Assembly: GCA_963664405.1 (NCBI GenBank)
Contig: OY761158.1
Coordinates: 4,032,001 to 4,096,000, forward strand
Reading direction: 5' to 3'
DNA from: Thermoanaerobaculia bacterium
Lineage (GTDB): Bacteria > Acidobacteriota > Thermoanaerobaculia > Multivoradales > Multivoraceae
Length of the DNA: 64,000 bases
In this document: piece by piece, positions 39,727 through 49,609 of the stretch
How positions within the stretch are numbered: position 1 is the first letter of the stretch
Layout of the letters: each line of letters opens with the position of its first letter
Notes under the pieces: generated by a model
What the model was told of the DNA's origin: nothing
The model's input: only the letters and a program-made list of their open reading frames with translations
Databases searched by the model: none
Translations under genes and position numbers: made by a program

Positions 39727-39837
39727 CCGTGCGTTACGTCACGGCAATACGCCGTGGCCTTCGAGGAGTCCAGGAGAGAGCGCCGATCGGCGATGGTATG
39801 GGAAGGCGGAGGTTCGTCAGACACCGAGATAGATATC

Positions 39838-40953
39838 CTAACATGAGGCTTTGCCGCGGCCGGTGGCCAAGATATAGCCGGCGATCGCTACTGGAGCTAT
39901 GACCGCCGGCAATAGCGCGGCAGCGACCGCTAGCGAGGGACCCTTGCCGACGCCTCCGACACCGTTGCTGAACTGAATGGCGAGAACAGCAACCGCAACG
40001 CCTGCAAGCTCGTAGATGCGCCGGCGGGAGTAGATGCCTCTTTCGCCGCTCTCCGGGCGCAGCCTGGACAGGGCGAGGCAGATGGCGAGAATCTGCATCG
40101 GCAGAGTGAGGAGGAGCGTATGGGTCCACAGAGTAGGGGTGGAGAGGCAGATCGTCGCGACCGCCAAGAGCGCAAGCTGGTCCGGGCGCCATGGCTTCAG
40201 CCGCGCAACGATAGTGGCGATGGCGGCAATAGCGAGCAGGACGTAGAGGCGTTGGGTGTCGAATCCCAGGTTGAAGAGAAGTCGGTGGAGCGAAACGGTA
40301 CGCTCGAAAGGAAAGTCCTCGCTCGAGAGGGATGATCCGAGTCGGAGAAACTCCGGTAGGTGCTCTCTTCCCAGAAGAAGAACAGAGGCGCTGATCGTTG
40401 CGATCGAGGCGGTGAGCAGATGTTTGTGTTCGCGACTCCGAGGCCGATGCGTCGCGATCAAGAGAATTGCCACGGGCGCCAAGGGTTTGATCCCGAGGCT
40501 GCCACCGAGAAGGCATCCCGCTGCCATGGGGTGCCGAGGCCAGACTCCGAGAGAGACGAGAACGAGGCCGCTCACCACGAGTGAGGTGTTCCCCGAGGCC
40601 AGGCCGAGATTGACGCCGGGGGTGAGGGTGAGGCCGGCGGCAAGGGCAATTCGCCAGGTTCTCTGGCCCGCCAAGGGGGCGCTTGCCAGCCACACGATGG
40701 CGACAACCCCGGCCACCGCCGCTATTCGCAGCAGCGCGACCAAGATCGGCTGTCCGAGGATGGTGAGTGCCGTCGCCCCAAGGACCGCAAACGACGGGAG
40801 GTAGAGATATCCCGAGACCTGGTAGGGGGAAGCGCCGGCGGAGACGATGCGGAACGCGTCCAGGTAGTAGGCCTCATCCACCAGCAGAGCCTTGGAAGTG
40901 AGTGCCGGCCAGTGACAGAGCGCTGTGAAGAGGGCTACTGAAAGCAGAGGCAA
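39838..40953 (-). CDS. Polytopic membrane glycosyltransferase, GT87/DUF2029-like
   Basis: D..YY, SPY..YLYLP, GN.S, IKP motifs in a multi-TM protein. Confidence 0.65.
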   Translation of the reverse strand: MPLLSVALFTALCHWPALTSKALLVDEAYYLDAFRIVSAGASPYQVSGYLYLPSFAVLGATALTILGQPILVALLRIAAVAGVVAIVWLASAPLAGQRTWRIALAAGLTLTPGVNLGLASGNTSLVVSGLVLVSLGVWPRHPMAAGCLLGGSLGIKPLAPVAILLIATHRPRSREHKHLLTASIATISASVLLLGREHLPEFLRLGSSLSSEDFPFERTVSLHRLLFNLGFDTQRLYVLLAIAAIATIVARLKPWRPDQLALLAVATICLSTPTLWTHTLLLTLPMQILAICLALSRLRPESGERGIYSRRRIYELAGVAVAVLAIQFSNGVGGVGKGPSLAVAAALLPAVIAPVAIAGYILATGRGKASC

Positions 40954-41035
40954 GCTGAGCGAACGCCAGCTGGCACCGCCGCTTTCTTGCCACCGAAGGC
41001 GCTCTCTGGGGCTGCTTCGATGGGCTCTTTCACGA

Positions 41036-41065
41036 TTGACACTTCCTCGGAGCCTCTGCTAGGGT
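41036..41065 (+). promoter_or_regulatory. Putative sigma70 promoter for the tRNA-Val/thrS operon
   Basis: TTGACA-N18-TAGGGT with a TG extension, about 30 nt before the first tRNA. Confidence 0.55.
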
Positions 41066-41096
41066 GCCGCTCTTGCGGTCTTCCGCACGAGCTTAC

Positions 41097-41174
41097 AGGC
41101 CCGTAGCTCAGCTTGGTTAGAGCGCTACGTTGACATCGTAGAGGTCAGCGGTTCAAGTCCGCTCGGGCCTACCA
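41097..41174 (+). tRNA. tRNA-Val(GAC)
   Basis: Acceptor aggcccg/cgggcct plus ACCA; anticodon arm ctacg-ttGACat-cgtag; GGTTCAA T-loop. Confidence 0.97.
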
Positions 41175-41233
41175 ATGAAGTAGGGTCAGGAGAAAGGGGA
41201 TTTCTCCGACTGCATGTGGCGAGATTTCAATAG

Positions 41234-41310
41234 AGGCGCTTAGCTCAGCTGGTTAGAGCGCTACCTTCACACGGTAGAGGTCAGCGGTTCGAGTCCGCTA
41301 GCGCCTACCA
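41234..41310 (+). tRNA. tRNA-Val(CAC)
   Basis: Acceptor aggcgct/agcgcct plus ACCA; anticodon arm ctacc-ttCACac-ggtag; GGTTCGA T-loop. Confidence 0.97.
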
Positions 41311-41353
41311 GCCGTCCACTACGGCCGGAGCTCCGGCCGAACCTGAAAAGATC

Positions 41354-43291
41354 ATGTCCGAGAGTGCAAAGCAGGTAGAGCTGGTTCTACCCGACGGCAA
41401 GGCCCTTGGTTTCCCTGAAGGGGTCACGCCTCTGGAGGTGGCGAGCGCCATCGGGCCTGGGCTCGCGCGCGCCGCGGTCGGTGCCGAGCTCGACGGGCAA
41501 GACGTCGATCTGCGCCAGCCCTTGGTCGCGGGCGGTTCTTTCCGCATCTTTACCCTGAAGAATCCGGAGGCTGGACGATTCATTCGCCACAGCGCCGAGC
41601 ACGTGATGGCCGACGCGGTGAAGCGGCTATGGCCGGACGTCGAGATCGACGTTGGTCGACAGGATCACGCCGAGAAATTTCAGTACGATTTTCGACGCGA
41701 CCAGCCGTTTACCCCCGAAGACCTCGAAGCCATCGAAGAAAAGATGGCCGAGATCCTCACCGAGGGCTCGAGCTTCGAGCGCATCGAGATCAGTCGAGAG
41801 GAGGCGGCGACTTTCTTTAGCGAGCGCAGCGAGAGCTTGAAAGTCGAGCGGCTCAAGGATATCCCGGAAGGCGACACCATCACTCTTTACCGTCACGGCG
41901 ATTTCTACGACCTTTGTCGAGGACCCCATGTCCAGGGTCTGGATCAGATTGGAGCCGTGAAACTCCTCGAGGCCTCTGGCGTCTACTGGCGAGGCGACGA
42001 AGCCAATGAGAGGTTGCAGCGTGTCTATGGCACGGCCTTCTCCACCCAAGGGGATCTCGAGGCCTACGAAGAGCAGTTGGAGCAGGCTGCGGCTCGGGAT
42101 CACCGTCGTCTGGGCCCGCAGCTCGATCTTTGGAGCTTCCACCCCAGCGCCCCCGCGAGCCCGTTCTTTCACCCGCGGGGAGCACAGATCTACAACCTGC
42201 TGGTGGACTACATTCGGGAGATCTACGATCGTGACGGCTATGGCGAGGTTCTCACCCCGCAGATTCTCGATGTCGATCTCTGGCATACCTCGGGGCACTA
42301 CGACAATTACCGCGATGTGATGTTCTTTACCGAGCTCGAAGATCGCCAGTTCGCGGTGAAACCGATGAACTGTCCTGGTGCCTGTCTGATCTACGGCACC
42401 CGCATACGCTCGTACCGCGATCTACCGATTCGCTACAGCGACTTTGGCAGACTGCATCGCGCCGAGCGCAGTGGTGTGATCACCGGCCTGACGCGGGTTC
42501 GCAGCTTCTGCCAGGACGACGCTCACATCTTCTGCACCGAAGCCGATGTAGAAGTCGAGGTGCTGGCTGTAGTTCGCACGATTCTCGAGATTTACGAGGT
42601 TTTCGGCTTCGGGGAAGTGACGATCGAGATCTCGACCCGACCGGAGAAGTCGATTGGTACGGAAGAGATGTGGGAGCGCGCCGAGGGCTCGCTCAAGGCC
42701 GCGCTGGAGCACAGCGGCATCGACTACCTGCTGAGCGAGGGAGACGGCGCTTTCTACGGTCCCAAGATCGATTTCCAGGTTAGGGATGCAGTGGGACGGT
42801 CGTGGCAGCTCGGTACTGTCCAGCTCGACTATCAGATGCCGGAGCGATTCGGGCTCGCCTACACCGACGCGGATGGTCAAGAGAAGCGCCCGGTATTGAT
42901 TCACCGAGCGATGCTCGGCTCACTCGAGCGATTCATCGGCATTCTCGTCGAGCACACCGGGGGAGCCTTGCCGGTATGGGTAGCGCCTCGCCAGGCCGTT
43001 GTGCTTCCGGTGTCGGAGAAGTTTGTCGATTACGGTGAAGAAGTCAGCCGCGAGCTTCGGGGTCTCGGACTCCGTGTCGAGGTGGATCGCCGTGATGAAA
43101 AGCTCGGATACAAGATCCGAGCAGCCCAGTTGCAAAAGGTCCCGTATATGTTGGTGGTCGGCGCAAGAGAGCAGGATGCGAGAACCGTTGCGCTACGGCT
43201 ACGCTCAGGAGAGGATCTGGGGTCGGTCGCGATCGCCGAAGTCGGCGAGAGGGTTGGCCGCATCGTTGCGAGTCGGAGCTTAGAATTGTGA
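41354..43291 (+). CDS. thrS: Threonine--tRNA ligase
   Basis: TGS domain, HSAEH, DLCRGPH, RDHRRLG, KPMNCP, GAFYGPKID. Confidence 0.98.
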   Translation: MSESAKQVELVLPDGKALGFPEGVTPLEVASAIGPGLARAAVGAELDGQDVDLRQPLVAGGSFRIFTLKNPEAGRFIRHSAEHVMADAVKRLWPDVEIDVGRQDHAEKFQYDFRRDQPFTPEDLEAIEEKMAEILTEGSSFERIEISREEAATFFSERSESLKVERLKDIPEGDTITLYRHGDFYDLCRGPHVQGLDQIGAVKLLEASGVYWRGDEANERLQRVYGTAFSTQGDLEAYEEQLEQAAARDHRRLGPQLDLWSFHPSAPASPFFHPRGAQIYNLLVDYIREIYDRDGYGEVLTPQILDVDLWHTSGHYDNYRDVMFFTELEDRQFAVKPMNCPGACLIYGTRIRSYRDLPIRYSDFGRLHRAERSGVITGLTRVRSFCQDDAHIFCTEADVEVEVLAVVRTILEIYEVFGFGEVTIEISTRPEKSIGTEEMWERAEGSLKAALEHSGIDYLLSEGDGAFYGPKIDFQVRDAVGRSWQLGTVQLDYQMPERFGLAYTDADGQEKRPVLIHRAMLGSLERFIGILVEHTGGALPVWVAPRQAVVLPVSEKFVDYGEEVSRELRGLGLRVEVDRRDEKLGYKIRAAQLQKVPYMLVVGAREQDARTVALRLRSGEDLGSVAIAEVGERVGRIVASRSLEL

Positions 43292-43350
43292 CAGCGATCA
43301 TTTCCTCAGCCTCGGTAGGCTAGGGTAGGATTGATTGAAAGGAGACTTTG

Positions 43351-43545
43351 GTGCCGAAGATCAAGACCCATCGGGGAGCCGCCAAGCGCTTCCGAAAGAC
43401 CGCTACGGGCAAGCTCCGCCGGGGGCACACCGGGGCCAGCCACATGTTCACCAAGAAGACGACGAAGAGGAAGAGGAATCTGCGCAAGCAGACACTGGTG
43501 GCAAAGGGCTTCGCTAAAGTCCTGAAGCAGTTCCTGCCTTCCTGA
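43351..43545 (+). CDS. rpmI: 50S ribosomal protein L35
   Basis: [13 protein letters not shown]; RBS aaggag. Confidence 0.97.
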   Translation: MPKIKTHRGAAKRFRKTATGKLRRGHTGASHMFTKKTTKRKRNLRKQTLVAKGFAKVLKQFLPS

Positions 43546-43645
43546 AGGCCGGCCCGTTCACGGAGCTCGAGGGGGAGAGAGCCTGTCCTCCTCAGCCTAG
43601 AAATCAAACAGGATCCCCGCGAGGGGAGAAAACGAGGTTCTTAGA

Positions 43646-44026
43646 ATGGCACGAGTAAAGCGCGGCCCACGCCGAGCGCAGCGGCGTAAGAAGATTCTCA
43701 AGCAGGCCAAGGGTTACTACCTGGCCAAGTCCAAGGCGCACAGGGTCGCCAAACTGGCGGTCCAGAAGTCCCTTTCCTACGCCTATCGCGATCGCCGGCA
43801 AAAGAAGCGGCAGTTCCGGCGTCTGTGGATCGTACGCATCAACGCCGGCGCCCGCCTGCACGGGCTCAGTTACAACCGTCTCATCTCGGGCCTCCGGCAG
43901 GCCGGCTGTGACCTCAATCGCAAGATGCTCGCAGACCTTGCGGTGCACGACGCTGCCGCATTCGGCGAGCTTGCGACCCTAGCCCAGCAGGCCCTCGAGG
44001 CAGGAGCAGCTTCGGCGGACTCCTGA
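43646..44026 (+). CDS. rplT: 50S ribosomal protein L20
   Basis: [34 protein letters not shown]. Confidence 0.98.
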   Translation: MARVKRGPRRAQRRKKILKQAKGYYLAKSKAHRVAKLAVQKSLSYAYRDRRQKKRQFRRLWIVRINAGARLHGLSYNRLISGLRQAGCDLNRKMLADLAVHDAAAFGELATLAQQALEAGAASADS

Positions 44027-45075
44027 TGAGTGCAGCAGCGGAAGAGCTCGCGGGTCTGCTGGAGCGCTTCCGGAGTGAGGTGGAGAGCGTGCGCTCTCGT
44101 CCTGCCTGGGAAGATCTGCGGATCCAGTGGTTAGGCCGCAAGCAGGGTATCGTGCGGGACCTGGAGGGCAAGCTTCGTGAGCTCCCTGGGCCTGAGAAGC
44201 GAGACTTCGGCAAAGGTCTGCACGACCTCCGTGGCGCCGTTGAAAAGACTCTCGAAGCCCTCGACCGGCGATTCACCGCCGAGGAGCGTGCCGCCGAGTT
44301 GGAGAGCGCTGGGGTAGACGTCACCCTTCCCGGACGGCGGGCTCCGATCGGCACACTGCACCCGATTACCATTGTGTACCGCGAGATCGAGCAGATCTTT
44401 CGACAGATGGGCTACAGCGTCGCCGAAGGACCCGAGATCGAAGACGACTTCCACAACTTCGAAGCATTGAACTTTCCCCTCGATCATCCCGCCCGCGACG
44501 AGCAGGACACTCTGTTTCTCAAGGACGGCAGGCTGTTGCGTACGCATACGTCCCCGATTCAGATTCGTACCCTACTCGCACGGAAACCGCCCATCCGTAT
44601 TCTCGGCTTCGGCCGCGTATACCGAAACGACAACACGCTGCGCCACTCGCCGATGTTTCACCAGGTCGAGGCCTTGGTCGTCGATAGAGGGATTACCTTC
44701 GCCCATCTCAAGGGTGCAATCGAGGCCTTCTTCCAACGGCTCTTCGACGCGGAAACCAGTGTTCGCTTGCGGCCGAGCTACTTCCCTTTTACCGAGCCCT
44801 CGGCCGAGGTCGACATCACCTGCCCCTTCTGCCGACCGCCCGACGGGGACCAGGAGAGCTGTGGCACCTGTTCAGGCACCGGCTGGATGGAGATCATGGG
44901 CTCGGGTATGGTTGACCCCAGAGTGCTGCGCAACTGCGGCGTGGATCCTGATGAGTACAGCGGATTCGCTTTCGGTGGGGGTATCGATCGGGTGGCGATG
45001 GCCCGCTACGGGCTGCCGAATATTCGAATGCTTTTCGAGAACGACGAGCGCCTGTTGCGCCAGATCCACCGCTGA
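44026..45075 (+). CDS. pheS: Phenylalanine--tRNA ligase alpha subunit
   Basis: GTLHP, HPARDEQDT, LRTHTS, FPFTEPSAE; CPFC..CGTC insert. Confidence 0.98.
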   Translation: MSAAAEELAGLLERFRSEVESVRSRPAWEDLRIQWLGRKQGIVRDLEGKLRELPGPEKRDFGKGLHDLRGAVEKTLEALDRRFTAEERAAELESAGVDVTLPGRRAPIGTLHPITIVYREIEQIFRQMGYSVAEGPEIEDDFHNFEALNFPLDHPARDEQDTLFLKDGRLLRTHTSPIQIRTLLARKPPIRILGFGRVYRNDNTLRHSPMFHQVEALVVDRGITFAHLKGAIEAFFQRLFDAETSVRLRPSYFPFTEPSAEVDITCPFCRPPDGDQESCGTCSGTGWMEIMGSGMVDPRVLRNCGVDPDEYSGFAFGGGIDRVAMARYGLPNIRMLFENDERLLRQIHR

Positions 45076-47084
45076 TGCAGTTCTCCCGCGATTGGCTCGC
45101 CGAGTACGTCGACCTGCCGTCACAGCTCGAGGAGCTGACGACGAGGCTCACCTTTGCCGGCTTGAGCGTCGAGTACGCCGCCCCTTCGGGCGACGATGTT
45201 CTTCTGGAGATTGAAGTAACGCCGAACCGCCCCGACTGCATGAATCACTTCGGTCTCGCCCGCGAGATCGCTGTCCTCTTCGATACCGAGCTGCGGGCAC
45301 CGCGGGTGGAATGGAATGAGCGCGCGACCGAGGTCGAAAGCGTAGCGAGTGTAGTTGTCGAAGAGCCGTCACTGTGCCCTCGCTACTCGCTGGCGGTGAT
45401 CGATGGGGTCAGCGCCTCGCTCAGCCCCGATTGGTTGCAGCTTCGCCTCGAGGCGGTGGGCGTGCGCCCGATCAACAATGTCGTCGACGTCACAAATTTT
45501 GTGCTCTGGGAGCTGGGTCAGCCCCTACATGCCTTCGATCTCGACAAGCTTCGTGGACCTATCGTGGTCCGTCGCGCTCGAAAGGGTGAGCCGCTTCACA
45601 CTATCGATGGCGCCGAGCGTGAGCTCAGCGACAGGGATCTCGTGATTGCGGACGGGGAGCAAAGCATCGCGCTTGCCGGTGTGATGGGTGGCTTGGACAC
45701 CGAGGTAGGTCCCGAATGCACGCGCGTTCTGCTCGAGAGTGCCCACTTCGACCGCACCTCGGTGCGAAAGAGCTCGAAGCGCTATGGTCTTCACACCGAT
45801 GCCAGCCATCGCTTCGAACGCGGAACCGACCCCGGCGTATGCGTCGATGCGCTCGGACGAGCGGCGGCGATGATCGCCGAGATCGCCGGTGGTCGGGTGC
45901 TCGAAGGAGCTCTCGATGTCTTGGATAGTAGCTGCCTCGAGCGAACTGAGATCGCCTTCGAGCCTGCCCGGTTAGATGCCTTTTCCGGCACACCGATCGA
46001 CCGCCGCCGTGTGAAGCGTTGGTTCGGCGGCCTCGGAATCGAGATCGAGGAGGAGACCCCCGAGGTCTGGCGAGCCCGAGTCCCGAGCTGGCGACGTTTC
46101 GATCTCCAGCTGCCCGCCGATCTCTACGAAGAGGCGATGCGTATTTTCGGCTTTGACAATATCCCCGCGGCACTTCCGCTGTCGTTGGGCTCTGACGGTC
46201 CCGAGACCGCCGAGCAGCGCCGTCGCCGGCGGGTCCAGGATCACCTCGTGGGCCAGGGGTTTGCAGAAGCCATACAGCTGGTCTTCATCACCCCCGAGGA
46301 GGACCTGACTTTCCCCGTCTTGCGTCCCGAGATCGCGGCCGCAGAGCTCCAGAACCCGCTCTCCGAGCGCTACGCCGTACTTCGCCGCTCGATGGCACCC
46401 GGTCTCGTGCAGAGTGCGCGCTCGAATCAACGTCGGGGTGTCGGAGCGGTACGCCAATTCGAGATCGGCCATGTCTTTCTGGAACACGAGGAGGAGCATC
46501 TCGGAGTTGTCATCGGGGGTCGGGCGGGGAGTCCCTGGGACGGCGGCAGGGCGACCGACTTCTTCGATTTGAAGGGCGTCTTCGAGGGCCTGTTCGAAGT
46601 TTTCTCCATACGCCTCGAAGCGAGCGCGGCCGAGCTGCCTGGGATTCTCTCGGGAACCGGCGCCGAGCTGCGCACTTCGAGTGGCGAGTGGGTCGGCTAT
46701 TTCGGCCGCGTGCTCGGGGAGGACCCCTTTCCACTCTTCGTCGGCGAGCTCTCGTGTGCGGTGTTAGATGGCGCGCTTGGCGTGGCGACAGTAGAGGTTC
46801 CTTCGCGTTTCCCTGGTGTCAGCGCCGACCTGACGCTGACCCACTCGATCTCGGTGCCTTTCGTCGAACTCGCTGAGACGGTCGATGCTGCCGCACCGCC
46901 AGACTTGGTGGAATTCCATCTCAAGGACCGCTATTTGGGCCAAGGCGTACCTGAGGGCGCCGTCAACACGACGATCTCATTCCACTACAATGCCCCTGAG
47001 CGCTCACTCTCCCAGGAGGAGATCAACCACCGGCAGACGAAATTGGCTGAGCTGCTCGAGAGCCGCCATGGTTGGCCGGGTTAG
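45075..47084 (+). CDS. pheT: Phenylalanine--tRNA ligase beta subunit (short form lacking the B2 OB-fold)
   Basis: TPNRPDC at about residue 49, INNVVDVTN, GQPLHAFD, RFERG, C-terminal FDX-ACB. Confidence 0.96.
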   Translation: MQFSRDWLAEYVDLPSQLEELTTRLTFAGLSVEYAAPSGDDVLLEIEVTPNRPDCMNHFGLAREIAVLFDTELRAPRVEWNERATEVESVASVVVEEPSLCPRYSLAVIDGVSASLSPDWLQLRLEAVGVRPINNVVDVTNFVLWELGQPLHAFDLDKLRGPIVVRRARKGEPLHTIDGAERELSDRDLVIADGEQSIALAGVMGGLDTEVGPECTRVLLESAHFDRTSVRKSSKRYGLHTDASHRFERGTDPGVCVDALGRAAAMIAEIAGGRVLEGALDVLDSSCLERTEIAFEPARLDAFSGTPIDRRRVKRWFGGLGIEIEEETPEVWRARVPSWRRFDLQLPADLYEEAMRIFGFDNIPAALPLSLGSDGPETAEQRRRRRVQDHLVGQGFAEAIQLVFITPEEDLTFPVLRPEIAAAELQNPLSERYAVLRRSMAPGLVQSARSNQRRGVGAVRQFEIGHVFLEHEEEHLGVVIGGRAGSPWDGGRATDFFDLKGVFEGLFEVFSIRLEASAAELPGILSGTGAELRTSSGEWVGYFGRVLGEDPFPLFVGELSCAVLDGALGVATVEVPSRFPGVSADLTLTHSISVPFVELAETVDAAAPPDLVEFHLKDRYLGQGVPEGAVNTTISFHYNAPERSLSQEEINHRQTKLAELLESRHGWPG

Positions 47085-47094
47085 AGGAGGGAAG

Positions 47095-47325
47095 ATGTCG
47101 GACGTTCCCGACTGGTCCGGTCTCGAAAAGGCGGCGAAGGCGGTTCGTGAGCGAGCCGAGAAGCTCGCAAAAGAGAATCGTGCGCTACGACGTAGTCTCA
47201 AGAAGGCCGAAAAGGAGCTCGAGAGGGCGCGGACGGCTCGGGCTCCGGACGCCGAGCGCGCCGGCGAGGTTGAAGCGCGCCTGGAGCGCCTCGCCGGGGA
47301 AGTAGAGAGGCTCCTAGAGGCCTAG
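47095..47325 (+). CDS. Small coiled-coil protein, ZapB-like
   Basis: Heptad pattern; RBS ggagg; between pheT and zapA. Confidence 0.65.
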   Translation: MSDVPDWSGLEKAAKAVRERAEKLAKENRALRRSLKKAEKELERARTARAPDAERAGEVEARLERLAGEVERLLEA

Positions 47326-47414
47326 GAGGTCGTCCCTGGGCGACCTGCGGGTCCCGAGCCCTATGCTATAGTCGACTCCGTTTCGAGCCCCATGAGGGGC
47401 TGGAAATGTTTGTG

Positions 47415-47705
47415 ATGGCACGAAAGAGTACGACCACGGTGGAGGTAGAAATCTTCGGAGCTACCTACCACGTGAGAGGCGACAACGACGGAACGTATCT
47501 CGAAGAGCTGGCGTCCCTCGTGGACGGAAAGATGCAAGAGATAGCAGCGCATCTGGGCACCTCGGATCGGACCAAGATTGCCATTCTTGCCGCTCTGAAC
47601 ATTGCCGATGAACTGGTTCAGTCAGGATCTGATCTATCGGCAGAGAGGGAGACGGCAGTCACGAAGGTAGCGGAACTTACCGGCGAATTAAGCCAGGCCT
47701 TGTGA
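47415..47705 (+). CDS. zapA: Cell division protein ZapA
   Basis: VEVEIFGATY, VDGKMQEI, AILAALNIADEL. Confidence 0.93.
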   Translation: MARKSTTTVEVEIFGATYHVRGDNDGTYLEELASLVDGKMQEIAAHLGTSDRTKIAILAALNIADELVQSGSDLSAERETAVTKVAELTGELSQAL

Positions 47706-47753
47706 GGTCGAACGCGGTGCTCTGAGCTCCGCCGACCACGGAAACGGTAGTTT

Positions 47754-47942
47754 GCATTCCCTGTGCGGTTGGTGATGAATCAGCCTTTTTGTAGAACCAA
47801 CATTATTACTAAGGGAGTTCTTCACCCGCGCGGTCCGTGCCAGCCCCGCTTGAACGGGGACGCTAACGACTCGTGGAGAGGACACCCACCTACTGCGCGT
47901 TCGGTTCTAACGCGGGGGTTCACACGGCCCCGCGGGGAATGC
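47754..47942 (+). ncRNA. ssrS: 6S RNA
   Basis: About 189 nt; closing stem gcattccc/gggaatgc; A/T-rich bubble (gaaccaacattattactaaggg); canonical position between zapA and rny. Confidence 0.85.
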
Positions 47943-48049
47943 GGCTTTTTCGCCTCGGGTTCCTGCCTCAGCTACTCGATCGTGCCCTCTACCTGACACG
48001 GTGAGCTCGTCCCGATTCTGGGACGGGCGGTCGTGAGCGAGGTGAGGGA

Positions 48050-49609
48050 GTGAATCAGATCATTGCAGGAGCGATCTTGGGCGCAGGGGTCCTCGCGCCG
48101 TTGGTGTGGCTGGTCTTCGCTCGGCGTGCAGCCGCGAGGACAGTCGTCGACGCCGACCGGCACGCCGCTCGTCGTTTGGAGGAGGCGGATCGTCAGGTGA
48201 CGGCCAAATTGCGCGAGGCGGAGCTTGCGGCCAAAGAGAAGCTGCTAGAGGCTCGCAGCGAGTTCGAGAAAGTTGCCGGCAAGCAACGTGGTGAGCTCGA
48301 CAAGCAGGAGCGCAAGATCGCGCAGAGAGACGACGACCAGTCCCGCCGGCAGAGCTCACTCGATCGGCGAGAGTCGGAGCTGCAGAAGAATGAGTCACGG
48401 GTCGCCGACGCCGAGGAGCGGGTTCGCAAACAAGATCAGGAGCTCGAGGCTCTGCTCGGGGAGGAGCAAGTGCGTCTCGAGCAGGTAGGTGGCTTGACCG
48501 CGCAGCAGGCCAAGGAAGAGTTGATGCGGGTGATGGAGAGAGATGCCCGAGTCGAAGCCGCGCACCTGGTGAAGAGGATCGAGGACGAGGCTCGGGAGCA
48601 TGGTCAGCGCGAGGCACAGCGAGTGATCGCGATGGCAATCGAACGTTCCGCAGCAGACTATGTCAACGAGACAACGGTGTCGGTCGTCAATCTGCCCTCG
48701 GACGAGATGAAGGGTCGGATCATCGGTCGCGAGGGACGCAACATTCGTGCTCTGGAGATGGCCACCGGTGTCGACCTCATCGTCGACGACACTCCCGAGG
48801 CGGTCATCCTTTCCGGTTTCGATCCCTTTCGCCGAGAGATTGCGAGGGTCTCGTTGGAGCGTCTGATCAGCGATGGTCGGATCCACCCCGCTCGCATCGA
48901 GTCGGTGGTCGAGAAGGTCAAGGACGAGTTCGAAGGAATCATTCAGGAGGAGGGAAAGAAAGTACTTCTGACTCTGGATCTCGCGAACGTTCATCCCGAG
49001 TTGGTCAGGCTCCTCGGGCGGTTGCGCTATCGCACCTCCTACGGTCAGAACGTGTTGAGGCACAGCGAAGAGGTCGCATTTCTCGCTTCGTTGATGGCGG
49101 CCGAGCTCAAGGTCAACGCTCACGTTGCGAAGCGCGCTGGGCTGTTTCACGACATCGGTAAGGCGATGGATCGCGAGATGGATGGAACGCATCTTCACAT
49201 CGGTATCGATCTCTTGCGCAAATACGGCGAGACGGAAGAGGTCATTCATGCGATGGCCTGTCATCACGGCGATTTCGACCCCGAGACTGTCGAAGCCATT
49301 CTGGTCACGGCTTCCGATGCACTTTCCGCTGCTCGTCCCGGCGCTCGCCGCGAGATCCTAGAGACCTATGTCAAGCGGTTGAAGCAGCTGGAAGAGATCG
49401 CCTCAGACTTCAAGGGGGTCCAGAAGACCTTCGCGATTCAGGCCGGGAGAGAGGTACGTATCATCGTGGACGCAGCGAAGCTGAGTGACGAGGAGTCGAT
49501 CTGGCTGGCCAGGGATGTCGCACGGCGGGTCGAGGCGGAGCTGACCTATCCGGGCCAGATCAAAGTTACTGTGATCCGCGAGAAGCGGTCCATCGAGTAC
49601 GCCAGGTGA
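48050..49609 (+). CDS. rny: Ribonuclease Y
   Basis: TM plus coiled coil, KH domain (KGRIIGREGRNIR), HD (FHDIGK), SAARPGAR. Confidence 0.98.
   Translation: MNQIIAGAILGAGVLAPLVWLVFARRAAARTVVDADRHAARRLEEADRQVTAKLREAELAAKEKLLEARSEFEKVAGKQRGELDKQERKIAQRDDDQSRRQSSLDRRESELQKNESRVADAEERVRKQDQELEALLGEEQVRLEQVGGLTAQQAKEELMRVMERDARVEAAHLVKRIEDEAREHGQREAQRVIAMAIERSAADYVNETTVSVVNLPSDEMKGRIIGREGRNIRALEMATGVDLIVDDTPEAVILSGFDPFRREIARVSLERLISDGRIHPARIESVVEKVKDEFEGIIQEEGKKVLLTLDLANVHPELVRLLGRLRYRTSYGQNVLRHSEEVAFLASLMAAELKVNAHVAKRAGLFHDIGKAMDREMDGTHLHIGIDLLRKYGETEEVIHAMACHHGDFDPETVEAILVTASDALSAARPGARREILETYVKRLKQLEEIASDFKGVQKTFAIQAGREVRIIVDAAKLSDEESIWLARDVARRVEAELTYPGQIKVTVIREKRSIEYAR

Noticed and set aside
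41097-41310. tRNA-anchored genomic island
   Set aside because: No integrase and no duplicated tRNA 3' end in the window
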